The notes under the pieces: model-generated
Told to the model about the DNA's origin: nothing
The model's database searches: none
What the model saw: only the letters and a program-made list of their open reading frames with translations
Position numbers and translations under genes: made by a program
Shown here: piece after piece, positions 1 through 11,916 of the stretch
Numbering within the stretch: the first letter of the stretch is position 1
Layout of the letters: every line of letters begins with the position of its first letter
NCBI GenBank assembly: GCA_951406725.2
Contig: OX597817.1
Span: 95,294,001-95,358,000 of the forward strand
Length of the DNA stretch: 64,000 nucleotides
Reading direction: 5' to 3'
Origin: Octopus vulgaris
Taxonomy: Eukaryota

Positions 1-487
1 TGTCAAAATTTATTGAATTTAGATGAGATTTGAGTACTGAAACATAAAAAGTACATGTTCGTTCAAGTGACAACAAATTGGTTATTTATAGAAAGTTTTA
101 AGGTACATCTATTTTGACAGTGTGCTTTGGATGTTTTCCCAATAGAAGTTCAATACTACACAAATAGGCAAGTTTGGTAAATCAGTTTGCATTCTATTTG
201 GAAGATGGTTTCATGCTAAAAACACTATTTTTGAAATCTTGAAGTGAGCTATCAATATCTACTGAAGCAGAATCACTAGATAGGAGTTATTGAATCCAGT
301 AGCAGTGCCTAATGTTTCCTGGTTTAATAGAAAAGAAAAAAAAAAGATATAAATATGGTTAACTTTTCAAAGATGTGTTTAATAAGAGAAAAGAAATTAA
401 AATCTTATTAACAGTAAGTTACCTCATTTTCTTAATTAGATTTCTAATCTGCATTAGATAACTAATGCTCAGTTAATGGTACAATTC

Positions 488-715
488 TTTCTTTTATTTG
501 TTTCAGTCATTTGACTGTGGCTATGCTGAAGCACTGCCTCAAAGGGTTTTAGTCAAAGAAATTGACCCCAGGACTTATTATTTGTAAGCCTAGTACTTAT
601 TCTATCAGTTTCTTTTGCTAAACCACTAAGTTACAGGGACATAAACACACCAACATTGGTTGTCAAGCGATGGTGGGGGGACAAACACAGACACACAAAT
701 ACATGCATATATATA
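488..715 (-). mobile_element. 3' half of the abundant tRNA-derived octopus-type SINE
   Basis: Matches the 3' half of the full copies at 4072-4458 and 20630-21035 (gtttcagtcatttgactgtggc...tagtacttattctatc...gggggacaaacacagacac). Confidence 0.8.
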
Positions 716-717
716 TA

Positions 718-955
718 TAGTAGCATTAAAGACCCGTCGTTACCGGGTCATAGTGCTAGTGCATGTATATATATATATGTGTACATATTACATGTACATC
801 TATATATATACATCTACACATAAAATACAAAGTTATATCTTGATCTCGCTAGTGATAACAATACTCAAAATATATAACAGACTGGAATTGTTAGCCCGTC
901 TCTTGTAATTTCGATCAATTGTATCTTGTCCTCCCTCTTGTATAGAAGTGTGGCT
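718..955. mobile_element. Helitron-derived fragment with terminal hairpin
   Basis: Hairpin GACCCG-tcgttac-CGGGTC followed by CTAGT. 761-955 closely matches 41303-41497 inside the Helitron at 39903-42232. Confidence 0.55.
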
Positions 956-1249
956 ACAATCCAGCCTACCTCTACTTCGTTTAGTTTTGTATTGAATAAG
1001 AATTGTGTGTGTGTAACCAGTTGTATTTTGGGTGACATTTCTTGATTTAACCCTTTAGCATCAGATTACTCCAGCAAATGTAATGCTTATTTATTCACTT
1101 TGTTTTAAATTACTCATGCATTATCTCATAGTTTCAAGATTTCAATGATATGATTGTTTATTTTTAGTAAGACATTTTAGTGAGGTAGCTGTGAGATGAA
1201 CCCTAGTGGCTGAGACTTATAAATGGGTACATATCCTGCAGGCTGGAGA

Positions 1250-1960
1250 ATGCCAGCAACATTGACAAGAATAGTAGCCTCTCCTGGACCTGCGATAAGT
1301 ACATCACATCTCATCATGAAGTCTATCCAAGAACAGGAGATAGCCACTAAATACCTCATCAACAAAAGTGATAGAAAAGTCTCTAAACCCTAATGCTGTG
1401 ATTATGCCATACCAATGTGGAAGGAATCACTCATATCATCAGTAGCTACCCAAAATGACTACAAGATACTTCTTCCCCATGAGACATGATATCATTATCA
1501 AAATGGTTTACAATGCTATACACAAGAAGGATTGTCCTGATGGCCATGCCGAAGGCACACAAGGACCAGAGAGTATCTACAACTTCAAAAATAAAGAATG
1601 ATGGTGGAAGATTCCAATAAAAGCAGCAACATAGTGTAAACACAACAGGTCAGATGTGGTTGCGTTGGACAGAGAGCAAAAGTCATACATTGTTTTAGAG
1701 ATCAGCTTCTAAGCAAATGTGAATGTTGCTTAAAAAATCATGGGAAAAGAGAACATCAATAGTGAACTGATGAGAAATCTAAAGCTCTTATAGCCAGGCT
1801 ACAGATTTTCATGTTTCTGTTGTACATGAACTGAGCTATGTTCAATAAAATCTAGAAAGGCTTAGTTTCTCAAAAGTAAAAAAATGGGAAAAAGTGAGAA
1901 CTGATTCACATTCTCCAAATACAATTGATCAGAGGAACAGTAAATATTTATAAAACATTT
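1250..1960 (+). mobile_element. Degenerate C-terminal fragment of an RLE-type (R4/Dong-like) non-LTR retrotransposon
   Basis: Hand translation across stops: SIQEQEIATKYL; decayed CCHC finger C*LCHTNVEGITHIISSYPK..RHD; restriction-like endonuclease HNRSDVVALDREQKSYIVLEIS (PD..D/ExK type). Confidence 0.7.
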
Positions 1961-3219
1961 CAGGGGATCTCCATTTGAGTATTCATGGGAGAACACATGC
2001 ACACAACCATATATACATGTGATATACACATACAACAGTAACGAAACATGCACATTGTTCTACTGTGACCCCCCACAACATATTTATCCACACATGGGTA
2101 ACATGCACACATATATGCATAAATCAACCGATTCAAGTAACCACAAAGCCCAAGAATTGCATGACTTAAACAAGAGGGCCTTGCCACTTTGGCTTGAATT
2201 TTGCAGCGGTAAAAATTTCAAATAAACGTTAAAGAAACATGCATACATACATATGCATGAGTGTATATGCATGAATATGTGTGTGTATATATTTATATGT
2301 AGTGTATACATTTATATGTAGATAAAATCACTATATTGTTGATTAGTTCCTTGAAAAGATGCTGAGAATCAGCAATTTATCTGAGAGGATTGTTTCACTA
2401 GAACTTGTTGCATTTTAGAAGATGGTTGAAGTTGAGCTTCACAAAAATACAAATTGCTTATACTATAGAAAAGAATATTTTACTCTTAATTTCAAAAAAA
2501 GATTTCATTGAAAGCAATTTCCCCAATAAATATTGTATTGTTTTAAATAATGCCTACAAATGAATTATTTTTCTAATCAGTAAGTTTTACAAGTGACTAT
2601 TGCAGTTCTTGGGTGTATATATTCTTTGTCTTTCTTAGAATATAGAAAATATCATGAAAATCTGGTTCACCAGAATATAGCACAACTTTTGTAGCTAATA
2701 TGGCCAACAATTGTGATGGAGGATCTTGTTTGATTACTATGTAGCTTAACGTAATTCTCAGCTAGAAAAATAAGATTGTAACAAAGCTCACATTGAACTT
2801 CAGTTGATTTGTTTCATTGAGATGGTTACAATGAGGCAAGCCATATTTACATTGTTAGTCACCACCCATTGCTAAAAACTCTGTGCTCAATGAGAGTTAT
2901 GTTGAAGACTGCATCACTGAAGTTATCAAGATTATGTTGGTCTAATTGTTGTTTATAATGTTCAGATACATCGTCTGTAAATTTTAGTCATAGGGAGATG
3001 ATTGTTCACATATTGACATTAGAACTGCAAGAAAGCTTTACTGTTTTAAATGTTATTGGGAAACAACTGCTTGCCTGAAACAGGCTTCTCTGTATGACAT
3101 AAGCACCATATCTGGGCAACAACAAGCATTAGTACTGACATGAAGCTTCAGTTATATAGTGCAATAGTTCAGTCAATGGTTCTGTATGACAGAACTTTTG
3201 CACTATATTGCTATGAAAA

Positions 3220-3970
3220 TTAACTTAGCAGCATAAGGTAAAAATTTAGAAAGGAATTTCAAACTTGGAGGTAAAACCTAGACTTGAAAGGCTTCAAAAT
3301 AAATTTAGTAAAGACTGAAGTTTTAGCTAGCAGGAAAAAACACAGGAAATTGGCCATCTCATATGCTGAAAAGAAGTAGGAATTAAATATGGTGTATGCT
3401 TAAGAAGTGGAGCGGGATGACAGATAAACAAGAAAGGTAGACTTCATATGAGGCAGACAATGAGGAGTTAACAAAAAGAGTAATGTGAAGTAAAATTCTT
3501 TAACTGTTCTGAAGGCTACCTAGAAGTTGTTGATAGCTTTTGTTATCTAAGTAATCTAATTAGCAATGGAAGTGGGTTTTCTGAGAGCTATTACTTCTAC
3601 TGACATAAAAGAGTTTCTCTCTCAGAACTAAGGGCAAACTGTATGATGATTGCATACAAAATACAATGCTGTATGGTACTGTGACGTGGCCTTGAATGCA
3701 GAGGATTTGTGAAGAATGAGAAGAAATGTGATTATACTGTCTTGGATATGTAATGTTTGTGGACATGAACAACAGAGCACAAATGAGCTGTGAGAACTGA
3801 ATATAAGGAGTTGGATATAGAGTGTAAGAGCAAAGAGTATACTGGTACAAGCATGAGATGCATATAGAGGATGTCACTTGTAGAAAGAAGTATCAAGTGT
3901 ACCAAGGAAATGGAACCTGTGAAAGAAGGAAGATATGAGAAGGGATGAAGAATGCTCTTGTGACTGAACC
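3220..3970 (+). mobile_element. Old RTE LINE fragment (RT C-terminal region)
   Basis: Decayed motifs LEVVDSFCYL, KGKLYDDCI..MLYG and LYWYKH..H, homologous to the better copy at 58866-59730. Confidence 0.65.
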
Positions 3971-4071
3971 TCACGTGTTATGCTAGAGAGAACCATCTCA
4001 ACCTATACAAGCATAAAAACATGTAAAAATGGTGATAGTGACGGAGATTAGGATGTATATATACATTTAGA

Positions 4072-4458
4072 TACTCTTTTACTTGTTTCAGTCATTTGAC
4101 TGCGGCCATGCTGGAGCACCGCCTTTAATCGAGCAACTCGACCCCGGGACTTATTCTTTTCTAAGCCCAGTACTTATTCTATCGGTCTCTTTTGCCGAAC
4201 CGCTAAGTAACGGGGACATAAACACACCAGCATAGGTTGTCAAGCAATGCAAGGGGGACAAACACAGACACACATATATATATATACATATATACGACAG
4301 GCTTCTTTCAGTTTCCGTCTACCAAATCCACTCACAAGGCTTTGGTCGGCCCAGGACTATAGTAGAAGACACTTGCCCAAGGTGCCACACAGTGGGACTG
4401 AACCCAGAACCATGTGGTTGGTAAGCAAGCTACTTACCACACAGCCACTCCTGCGCCT
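4072..4458 (-). mobile_element. Full-length tRNA-derived SINE
   Basis: Minus strand begins GGCGCAGGAGTGGCTGTGTGGTAAG (A box) ... GGGTTCAGTCCC (B-box-like), has an internal (TA)n tract and an AAAGAGT tail; about 10 related copies in the window. Confidence 0.85.
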
Positions 4459-5730
4459 ATACTCTATATCTGCTGTTATACTCTATCAGGTTTCCACATA
4501 CTGCTACTCTCCTTTCTTTCATATCACTTTCCCTCATTCCTTTTACATCACACTATTTGACTATCAACCATCTTCCTTACTATCCATCAATCTCATATTT
4601 AGCCTCCCCTCTATCACTTTTGATATCTGTCAGTCTGGTCCCCTTTCATCACAATATTGATCAAGTTTAATTTACTCAATTTTCTTACCAACAATCATCA
4701 CACTGATTCTTTTCTTTTACTCTTCCATCACCTGGTTGTTCTGGCTCTCCTCCCTAGTTGTGTGAGAAAGAAAGTAAGAAACAGACAACACAGAGTAGAG
4801 AGCATTGGGGACAAGATAGCTTTTCTCATATCTATGCCATGATAAAATGCACCCAGTACACTGTGAAATGGTTGGTGATAGGAAAAGCATCCAGTCATAG
4901 AAACATGCCAAAGATGGGATGTATGAGTAGGATATAGTTCCCAACCCATCTAGAAGAGCAGTTACTCCAAAGAACTGAATTAAACAATGAGGACTTGCCC
5001 AATACATATACCAGCATAAGAATGCAAATGTAAAATGTATTTAAACTGGTAACCATAAATATTAGCAACAATACATTTTCTAAATAATACTTCAAGGAAT
5101 CTTTTCATTCTGTACATATCTTTTACTAGCATTACATATTCAAACCAATGCAGCTGTTTTTCTTGCATATATACCAGCTAGTTCAGATTTTCAGTGTGTA
5201 AATTATCTCCTCTCTTCTATGAGAACTGCAAATTACGGCTTAATTCTTTTCCTTTTCCCAAGAAAAGTTCCAATTAAGAACTTTATGCATATATCATCCC
5301 TTAACTTGTTTAAATCTTAATTTCTGTTCAGTCTTTCCCATATGTTTCACAATACTTAGCTTAATCTTCTCTAATTTTAGCAAATCTGCTTTCAGTCATG
5401 CTGCTCCTTACATTAATGATCAAGTCATAAAATATGCCTTTTTTTTTCAGTGAAAACTCTTTGCTACCAGAGATTCTACTGTATTGTCTGCAAAACAGTG
5501 TCTCAAAGTCACCTTATACTGGTGAGTCACATAAGAACACAAGGAGGAAGTATTCTCTGGTGATATAAAGCAACAATGATTAGGTGTTCATGGTTGAATA
5601 TGCAAGAGCATATTAAGAATGAATTTGATTACATTGAAAGTTAAGTTCAACCACTGGAAAGAAACATGTAGCTGTTTTGAAATAAAAATGATTTTGAACT
5701 TGATTCTTCTCTAGTGCTAAAGGTGATCTA

Positions 5731-8096
5731 CACCCAGAACTATGCTAATAGCTTAGGAGTGAAATTTAGGATTTCTCAGTTTTCTGTAAATTGATTTTGA
5801 TAAAACTTTTCCCAGCTGGTATGCACACTATGGCAACACCATTGTTATGTTTTCATTATTCTGTGTAACATCCTTTCTTTTATATTTCAGATTTTGGATA
5901 AACCACACTAATAGCGTCTCTCTTTACTAAGAACAATGTGACGTGGAAAAGGCCTTAACCCTTTCGTTACTATATTTCTGACCAAAATACACCCCTTATG
6001 TGTTTCAATTAATTTCTTACGTAATCATAAATTTAGTCTGGTTTCATTAAACAACTATAACTTCTTTATTTATCAATATATTAATCTGATTTTTGGAAGA
6101 TAATTTAATGAAATATTCTCAACCAATTCTATACTATAATTTTTGTCACAAAGTGAAACCACAAAGTATCCTTTCTTTCATTTTGTTTACGTTTAGCGCA
6201 ACGGTTCGTTTCCGCCGTAATGATTTCAAATAGGCTCATTCGAAAAAGTAAAAAGAAATAGTCTAAGGCTTTACTCTTCTGGGAAAGTCTGTGGCTTGGT
6301 CCAGTTTCTTCAGAAAAATCACCGAAAGAAACAGTCTTTAAATTTTCACTCCATTCAGGTGCCAATTCATTTTCTTTATCGCTGTCGGAGCTCTCGGATT
6401 CACTGTTTTCACTTTCGGAAAATGAAACCTCAGATTCATTATCAAATATCACATGCTTTTTTTTTTCAGTCATAGAGTTAGATTTATGAAGGTCTTCAGT
6501 AGAAAATCTTTCGAATTCTGACTCGCTGCTTGATATAATGAAATTCGTATCCATTTTTTGTCAGAATTACAAATTTTGAAAACACAATAGGAACAAATTT
6601 CGGAAAAAAATCTCCCAAAATTCACGGAATTAAAATTACACTTCGATTATTGTACAAAACTGTAGTTGAACTGTTTACGAAGTATAATACATGTTTTCAT
6701 GAATGTACTAAAGAGATTTGCTCTGATATTCTCATTTAAATATGAATAGATAAATTTGGGCGGCTTTGGTCACATTAACCAAAATTTTTTTCGGGCAGCT
6801 TTGGTAACGAAAGGGTTAATGATGAAATAAAGCCTGTCATCATCAAGGAAAGTGCTAAAGGCACCTCTCTTCATGTCACTGCAAAGAAGTTAGGTTGTCA
6901 TGCGGACATGGTTAGATGATTTCTGAAGGACCTTTCGCCAAGGAAGAAACAATCCAATTGTGGGACATCCAAGACTGTGACAGCTAGGAATTTAAGGAAT
7001 ATTGGCTACAAGTTACATGGGAAACCTGGACAAACAAGCAAAAATATTTTCACCGCCTCTGGACTTCCCCATGTACTGAAAACCATCAGAAATCATACCT
7101 CTGGGAACATGGCTTCTGTGTGAGAACCCCTGAAACTGCCCCACTTAATGCACTGTCACAGGAGTTTGAGGCTTCAATTGGCCCAAAAGTACATGACATT
7201 AGACATGAGTTGTGTTCTGTTTACTGTTGAAACCAGAGTGACCCTTGACGGTTGGGTCTGTTTTGGAGATGAGCATCACCAACGTTTATAGCATCAGCAA
7301 CAAGGTGGAGGGTTCATGTTGTGGGCTGATATCAATGGGGCTAGACTTGTTGGCCTAGTCAGAGTGCCTGAAGGGGTTAAAATGACCACAGCCGCCTACT
7401 AGAATCTCTTGAAGGAGGTCTTGGATCCCTGGCTAGATGACACTGCTTATATTCATGCATAACAACACTCCCTCCACTCTGCTAGAACCACCCAAACATG
7501 ATTAGGGTCTTACAGCATACAAGCTGAAAGGCTGATGGTGTGGCTGCCAGCATCTCCAGATCTCAACCTTATCAAAAATCTTTGGTCCCTCATTCAACAA
7601 GACGTTTATGCCGATGGACGCCAATTTACGTCAAAAGATGTCTTATGGGCGACCATCAAAACTGGAGCAGAGGCAGTCCAGCCTGCTACTATTAAGAAAT
7701 TGACAGATTCCATGACTAATAGGTTTTTTGAAGTTATCCGTCAAAATGATGCTCATGTGGCAAAATAATTCATTATGTCAATAAATGTTATAATATTATT
7801 ATAGTTTTCTGTTAAATAAATACTCAATGTATGCTTAATATGTATCATTACCCTTCTTTTTCTGAAAAAAAAAAAAAATGTCTAGTTGGGCTATTTTCAT
7901 TCAGAAGCTATTAGTGAGATTCACCCAAAAACTGAAGACTCTGAAATAAAAAAGGATGTTACACAGAATAATGAAAACATAACAATGGTGTTGCCATATT
8001 GTGCAAACCAGCTGGGAAAATGTTTGTCAAAATTGATTTACAGAAAGCTGAGAAATCCTAAATTTCACTCCTAAGCTATTAGTGTGGTTCTGGGTG
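5731..8096 (+). mobile_element. Tc1-family DNA transposon (degenerate), interrupted by a piggyBac derivative
   Basis: ~160-bp TIRs starting CACCCAGAAC and ending GTTCTGGGTG; TA TSDs at 5729-30 and 8097-98; transposase relic from M*RGKGLNDEIK..AKKLG to WLPASPDLNLIKNLW (ORF 7535-7768). Confidence 0.9.
5959..6815 (-). mobile_element. Internally deleted, non-autonomous piggyBac element
   Basis: TTAA TSDs (5955-58, 6816-19); 12-bp TIRs CCCTTTCGTTAC/GTAACGAAAGGG; ORF 6129-6554 has an acidic N-terminus and the piggyBac motif F..ETGP....ALDYFFLLF...IITAETNR. Confidence 0.9.
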
Positions 8097-8241
8097 TATA
8101 CTTATGTCCTATTTTCATAATTTTAAGATGAGCTAAATCTGTCTCTGGATTCAATAAAATCAATTAACAAATAGACAAATACATATTTATCAGCTAGGAA
8201 AATCTGAAGCTAGTAGGAGTTAAGAAAATGAATTACAATTC

Positions 8242-8247
8242 TTTATT
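8242..8247 (-). terminator. Candidate polyadenylation signal (AATAAA) of the NDUFA3-like gene
   Basis: AATAAA on the minus strand ~180 nt after the TGA stop; an ATTAAA lies nearer, at about 8317-8322. Confidence 0.4.
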
Positions 8248-8425
8248 GATTTGTTTTTGTTCAGCAACAAGTTTGGAAGAAAACTAACAAAACAAAAATA
8301 CAAGGGTCTAAATTTTTTTAATATAAATATTTAAAGTTTATACATGGCTGACACTACATGGTATCCCTAAAGCTCCACTGTTGGTATCTTCATCATTGAG
8401 TCTTCATTCAAGAATTCAATAGCTA

Positions 8426-8475
8426 TCAAGAATACATCTCAGAATCAGGATTTTCTACATCTGTGACACGTTTTA
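8426..8475 (-). CDS. NDUFA3: NDUFA3-like complex I subunit, coding exon 4 of 4 ((V)KRVTDVENPDSEMYS*)
   Basis: Acceptor ttttctgtttttcag|TA, phase 1, 50 nt ending TGA; completes a 255-nt spliced ORF. Confidence 0.8.
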
Positions 8476-8588
8476 CTGAAAAACAGAAAATAAAATAATT
8501 CAACAAGAATTCATATAAAAGAAAACCCTTTAAGATTTATTAAATTGTAATATATTTCACAGCATGTATTTGAAACATAATGGTAATA

Positions 8589-10146
8589 CACTGGCCAAAA
8601 TAAGTTTAAGACTGATGATGACAGTTCTATTCCTTCATTAATTTATTCTTAACAAAACTGTATAAAATTATTTTACTTTTTATAGTTTATGTAGAATTTT
8701 TTTCTCTTTCGAATGATATAGGCATTATTGATCTTTCTACAATTTGAAAGATTTTAATGCTCAATTAAATCAAATGATTAAAAATTGTTGGCAAAATAAG
8801 TTTAAGACCATTACCAACATTATTTCGTTTAAATTGAAAATTAACAGCACAAATGATCAAAGAACAAAAATTTATCATTAGTATCTAGTTCCATAGCCAT
8901 TATTTTCAATTACAGCCTTACAACAGCAGGACAAAGCACAAAAATCACTTAGAATGTTCTGCCATATTTCTTCAATAAAATCATATAATTTGATGGTTGC
9001 TTAGCATGAACTTTTTTAGAAACATAATTTTATAAATTTTCTATCGGATTCAAATCTGGGCTCTGTGGAGGCCACTCAATAACCACCATATTATTGTGCT
9101 CAAAATATTGCAAAAACATTCCTAGTCTTATGAATGGGGCAATTGTCCTGCTGGAAAATAGATCCTGGTGGCATCTGATTATTTAAATATGGCAGCACAT
9201 TTTCATTTACTAATTGCAGATAGCCTACACTGTTCAGTCTGCCGTCAACCTTAACAATTGGATCATTACCCCACCTACATCCTTGCGTCGTTTTCTTGAC
9301 ACACTTAGGATGGAATTCTTTGGTTGGACAGCGTCTAACATAAGTCTTTCCATCTGATCCAAAGATGCAGAAATGGGATTCATTGCTCCAAAGAACTTTT
9401 GATCTGTCTTCGGCTATCCATTCAATATGGCTTTTAGCAAACTTGATCAGCTTCTGCTGATTCACCTCAGAAATTATTGGCTTCTTCCAAGCGATCTGGC
9501 AGTACAGTCCAATTCTTTTAGGCAGTTTTTGACAGTTTGTGGTGTAAAGCTGATGTCAGTTTCATCAGATAATTGCTTGCAAATGTCCATTGCTGTTAGC
9601 ATTCGGTTACCTTCAGAGAGCCTATGAATTCGCTGATCCATCTGTACTGCTGTTTTTCTCAGAGCACCCATTCTTTGCTGATCTTAATATTGGCCAGTGG
9701 CTTGGTAAAGCTTCCATGCTTGAAGACAAGCTGTTTTACTGCATCCTAATTGAAGGACACATTTTGCTGATGAAGCAACATAACCTTTGAACTAGTAACT
9801 GGGCTGACACTATGATGCTTTCCCATAGTGAAGTAATGTGTAACAATGCTCGATTATTAAACAAAACAGTGCAGTACAAGCAGCCATATGACCACCTATC
9901 TGGTTTATTAATTTGCATAATAGTACGGCCTAAAACTTATTTTGCCAACAATTTCTAATCATTTGAATTAATTGCGTATTAATATTATTCCAACTATAGA
10001 AAAACATATAACATCTCTGTCATTCAAAAGAGAAAAGATTCTACATAAACTGTAAAAAGTAAAATGATTTTATACAGTTTTGTTAAGAATAAATTAATGA
10101 AGGAATAGAACTGTCATCAATCAGTCTTAAACTTATTTGGCAAGTG
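8589..10146 (-). mobile_element. Tc1-family transposon with IR/DR-type long TIRs (degenerate)
   Basis: ~220-bp TIRs (CACTGGCCAAAATAAG...) with an inner direct repeat GGCAAAATAAGTTTAAGAC; TA TSDs at 8587-88 and 10147-48; transposase relic VLWSNESHF, FQQDNCPIH, WPPQSPDLNPIENL. Confidence 0.9.
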
Positions 10147-10469
10147 TATATGCAAGAAATTAGGTTTATAATAGATATTCTTTAAATAGAGAAATTAAAA
10201 GATCTATTTATATAAAACCTTTGTAGTAAATATTATTTTTCCTTAAAAGGCAATAAAGATTAAGCATTTTATGAGTGGTAAAATCTAATTTAGTATCTTT
10301 ACATATCAATTTATACATTAGATATGTCACACCTTTGTAAAATATGCATACAAAATAAAAAAAAACCAGAATTTCATCTAGTATAAATTTCTATGTTCAA
10401 TATATCAAGGGAAAATATTTGTAGTCTAAAAAAGATTAATATCTTGTACTTAGTAAAGAGAGACACTCT

Positions 10470-11916
10470 CTCATTATCACCATCGTTTAATGTCTGTCTT
10501 CCATGCTGGCATGGGTAGGACAGTTGACAGGAGCCAGCCAAGTAGAAGACTACCCTAGGCTTCTGTATCTGTTTTGGCATGATTTTTATGGCTGGATGCC
10601 CTTCCTAACACCAACCACTCTGCAGAGTGAACTCAGTGCTTTTTACGTGGCACTAGCACCGGCAAGGTTAGTTTTGGCATGATTTTTACAGCTGGATGCC
10701 CTTCCAAATGCCAACCACTTTACAGTGTGGACTGGAAGCTTTCTACATGGCACTAACACCAACAGGGCCACCAAGTAACTTGCATTTTGAGAGGAGCAGG
10801 AGCATTTGAGAACGGAACTTGTGTCAGATGATGAAAGGTTAGAGTGTAACCAAGAGACAGTGATAGGCAGAAACAGGTGTTTTGCTATAACAGAGGGGGC
10901 ATTGGAGGAGGTGATGCAGTGTCAGATGATGATGGTTAGAGCGTGACAGAGAATAGAGGTAGAAACATGGTTACCTAGTGAGAGTGAGAGAGAAACAGAG
11001 AAGAGAAGGAGAGGAAGAGAGAGGTACAAGAAACAGGTGTGCTGATGTCAAGGAGATACTTGGTTACCTAGTCAGAGGGAAAAAACAAGAAAAGGAGAGA
11101 GTGATGTGCCGCTGTAGAGGAGATACATGGCTACCTAGCTAGAGGGAAGAGAGCAAGAGAAAGAGAGAGGGAGTGGGAAACAACAAAAGTGCAAGAGAAA
11201 ATAGGAGAGAGATGGTGAAGTGTCAGGGTATACTAAGAAGTAACAAGGATCAGAGCATAGATGTGATGGTAGAGTAAGGAAGATAAGTACAGAGGTCATA
11301 ATATACACAGTCAAGTATTGCCAAGAAGGCACAAGTAGGGAGTGGGGATTGCAGTGACTGGCAAAATCCTGGGTATAAAAATAGGGTGGGGAAAGCAGCA
11401 GTACAGCGAGCAGGGCAGTTGGGGGATTGGAAGACATAATTTATGAAGAGGAAATGTGAGGAAGAGAAAGATGCAGTTTGGTTTCTTGCGGTAGGGTACA
11501 TGAAAAGTTTGTTGTAACATGTGCGTGGGACACAATGCTTCTCGCACTCAGTTTTGCTGATGTGGGCAAATATCTCAGTCCATTGTCATTTCCTCTATGA
11601 ACCTTAACATCCAAAGATTGGTCTTCACCACTTCATCCCATGTTTCCTGGGTCTCCCTCTTCAACAGGTACCATCTACTTTCAATGATAGGCACTTTTAT
11701 ATACAGCTGCTGTCTTTACTCATATGCATCACATCCAAACCAATGCATTCTCTTCTCCTACATACCACATTTAATCCCTCTTATACATAACTTTTCTCTC
11801 AATACAGTTGCGCTTTGTTGGTCATGCACACTGATGTTGCAAATCCAATGGATCATACTACTTTCATTCCTCCCCAGTTTGCGCATGTCCTTAGCATTCA
11901 GAGCCCATGTCTCACT
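10470..11916 (-). mobile_element. RTE LINE 3' end (RT tail, long 3' UTR, (GAT)n-like tail)
   Basis: RT C-terminal relic at 11590-11916 (HWFGCD, PRKTWDEVV-like); low-complexity UTR; terminal CCATGCCAGCATGGAA..GATGAT motif shared with 24787 and 61080. Confidence 0.7.

Noticed and set aside
100-320. Minus-strand exon after a good acceptor at ~319
   Set aside because: All three frames hit stops within about 20 codons and no product is recognisable; it could be UTR but cannot be supported.
660-908. Short YIYI/THTH/VCVC-type ORFs here and throughout the track (e.g. 41196-41517, 43457-43777)
   Set aside because: They are translations of (TA)n, (CA)n and (TG)n microsatellites and SINE bodies.
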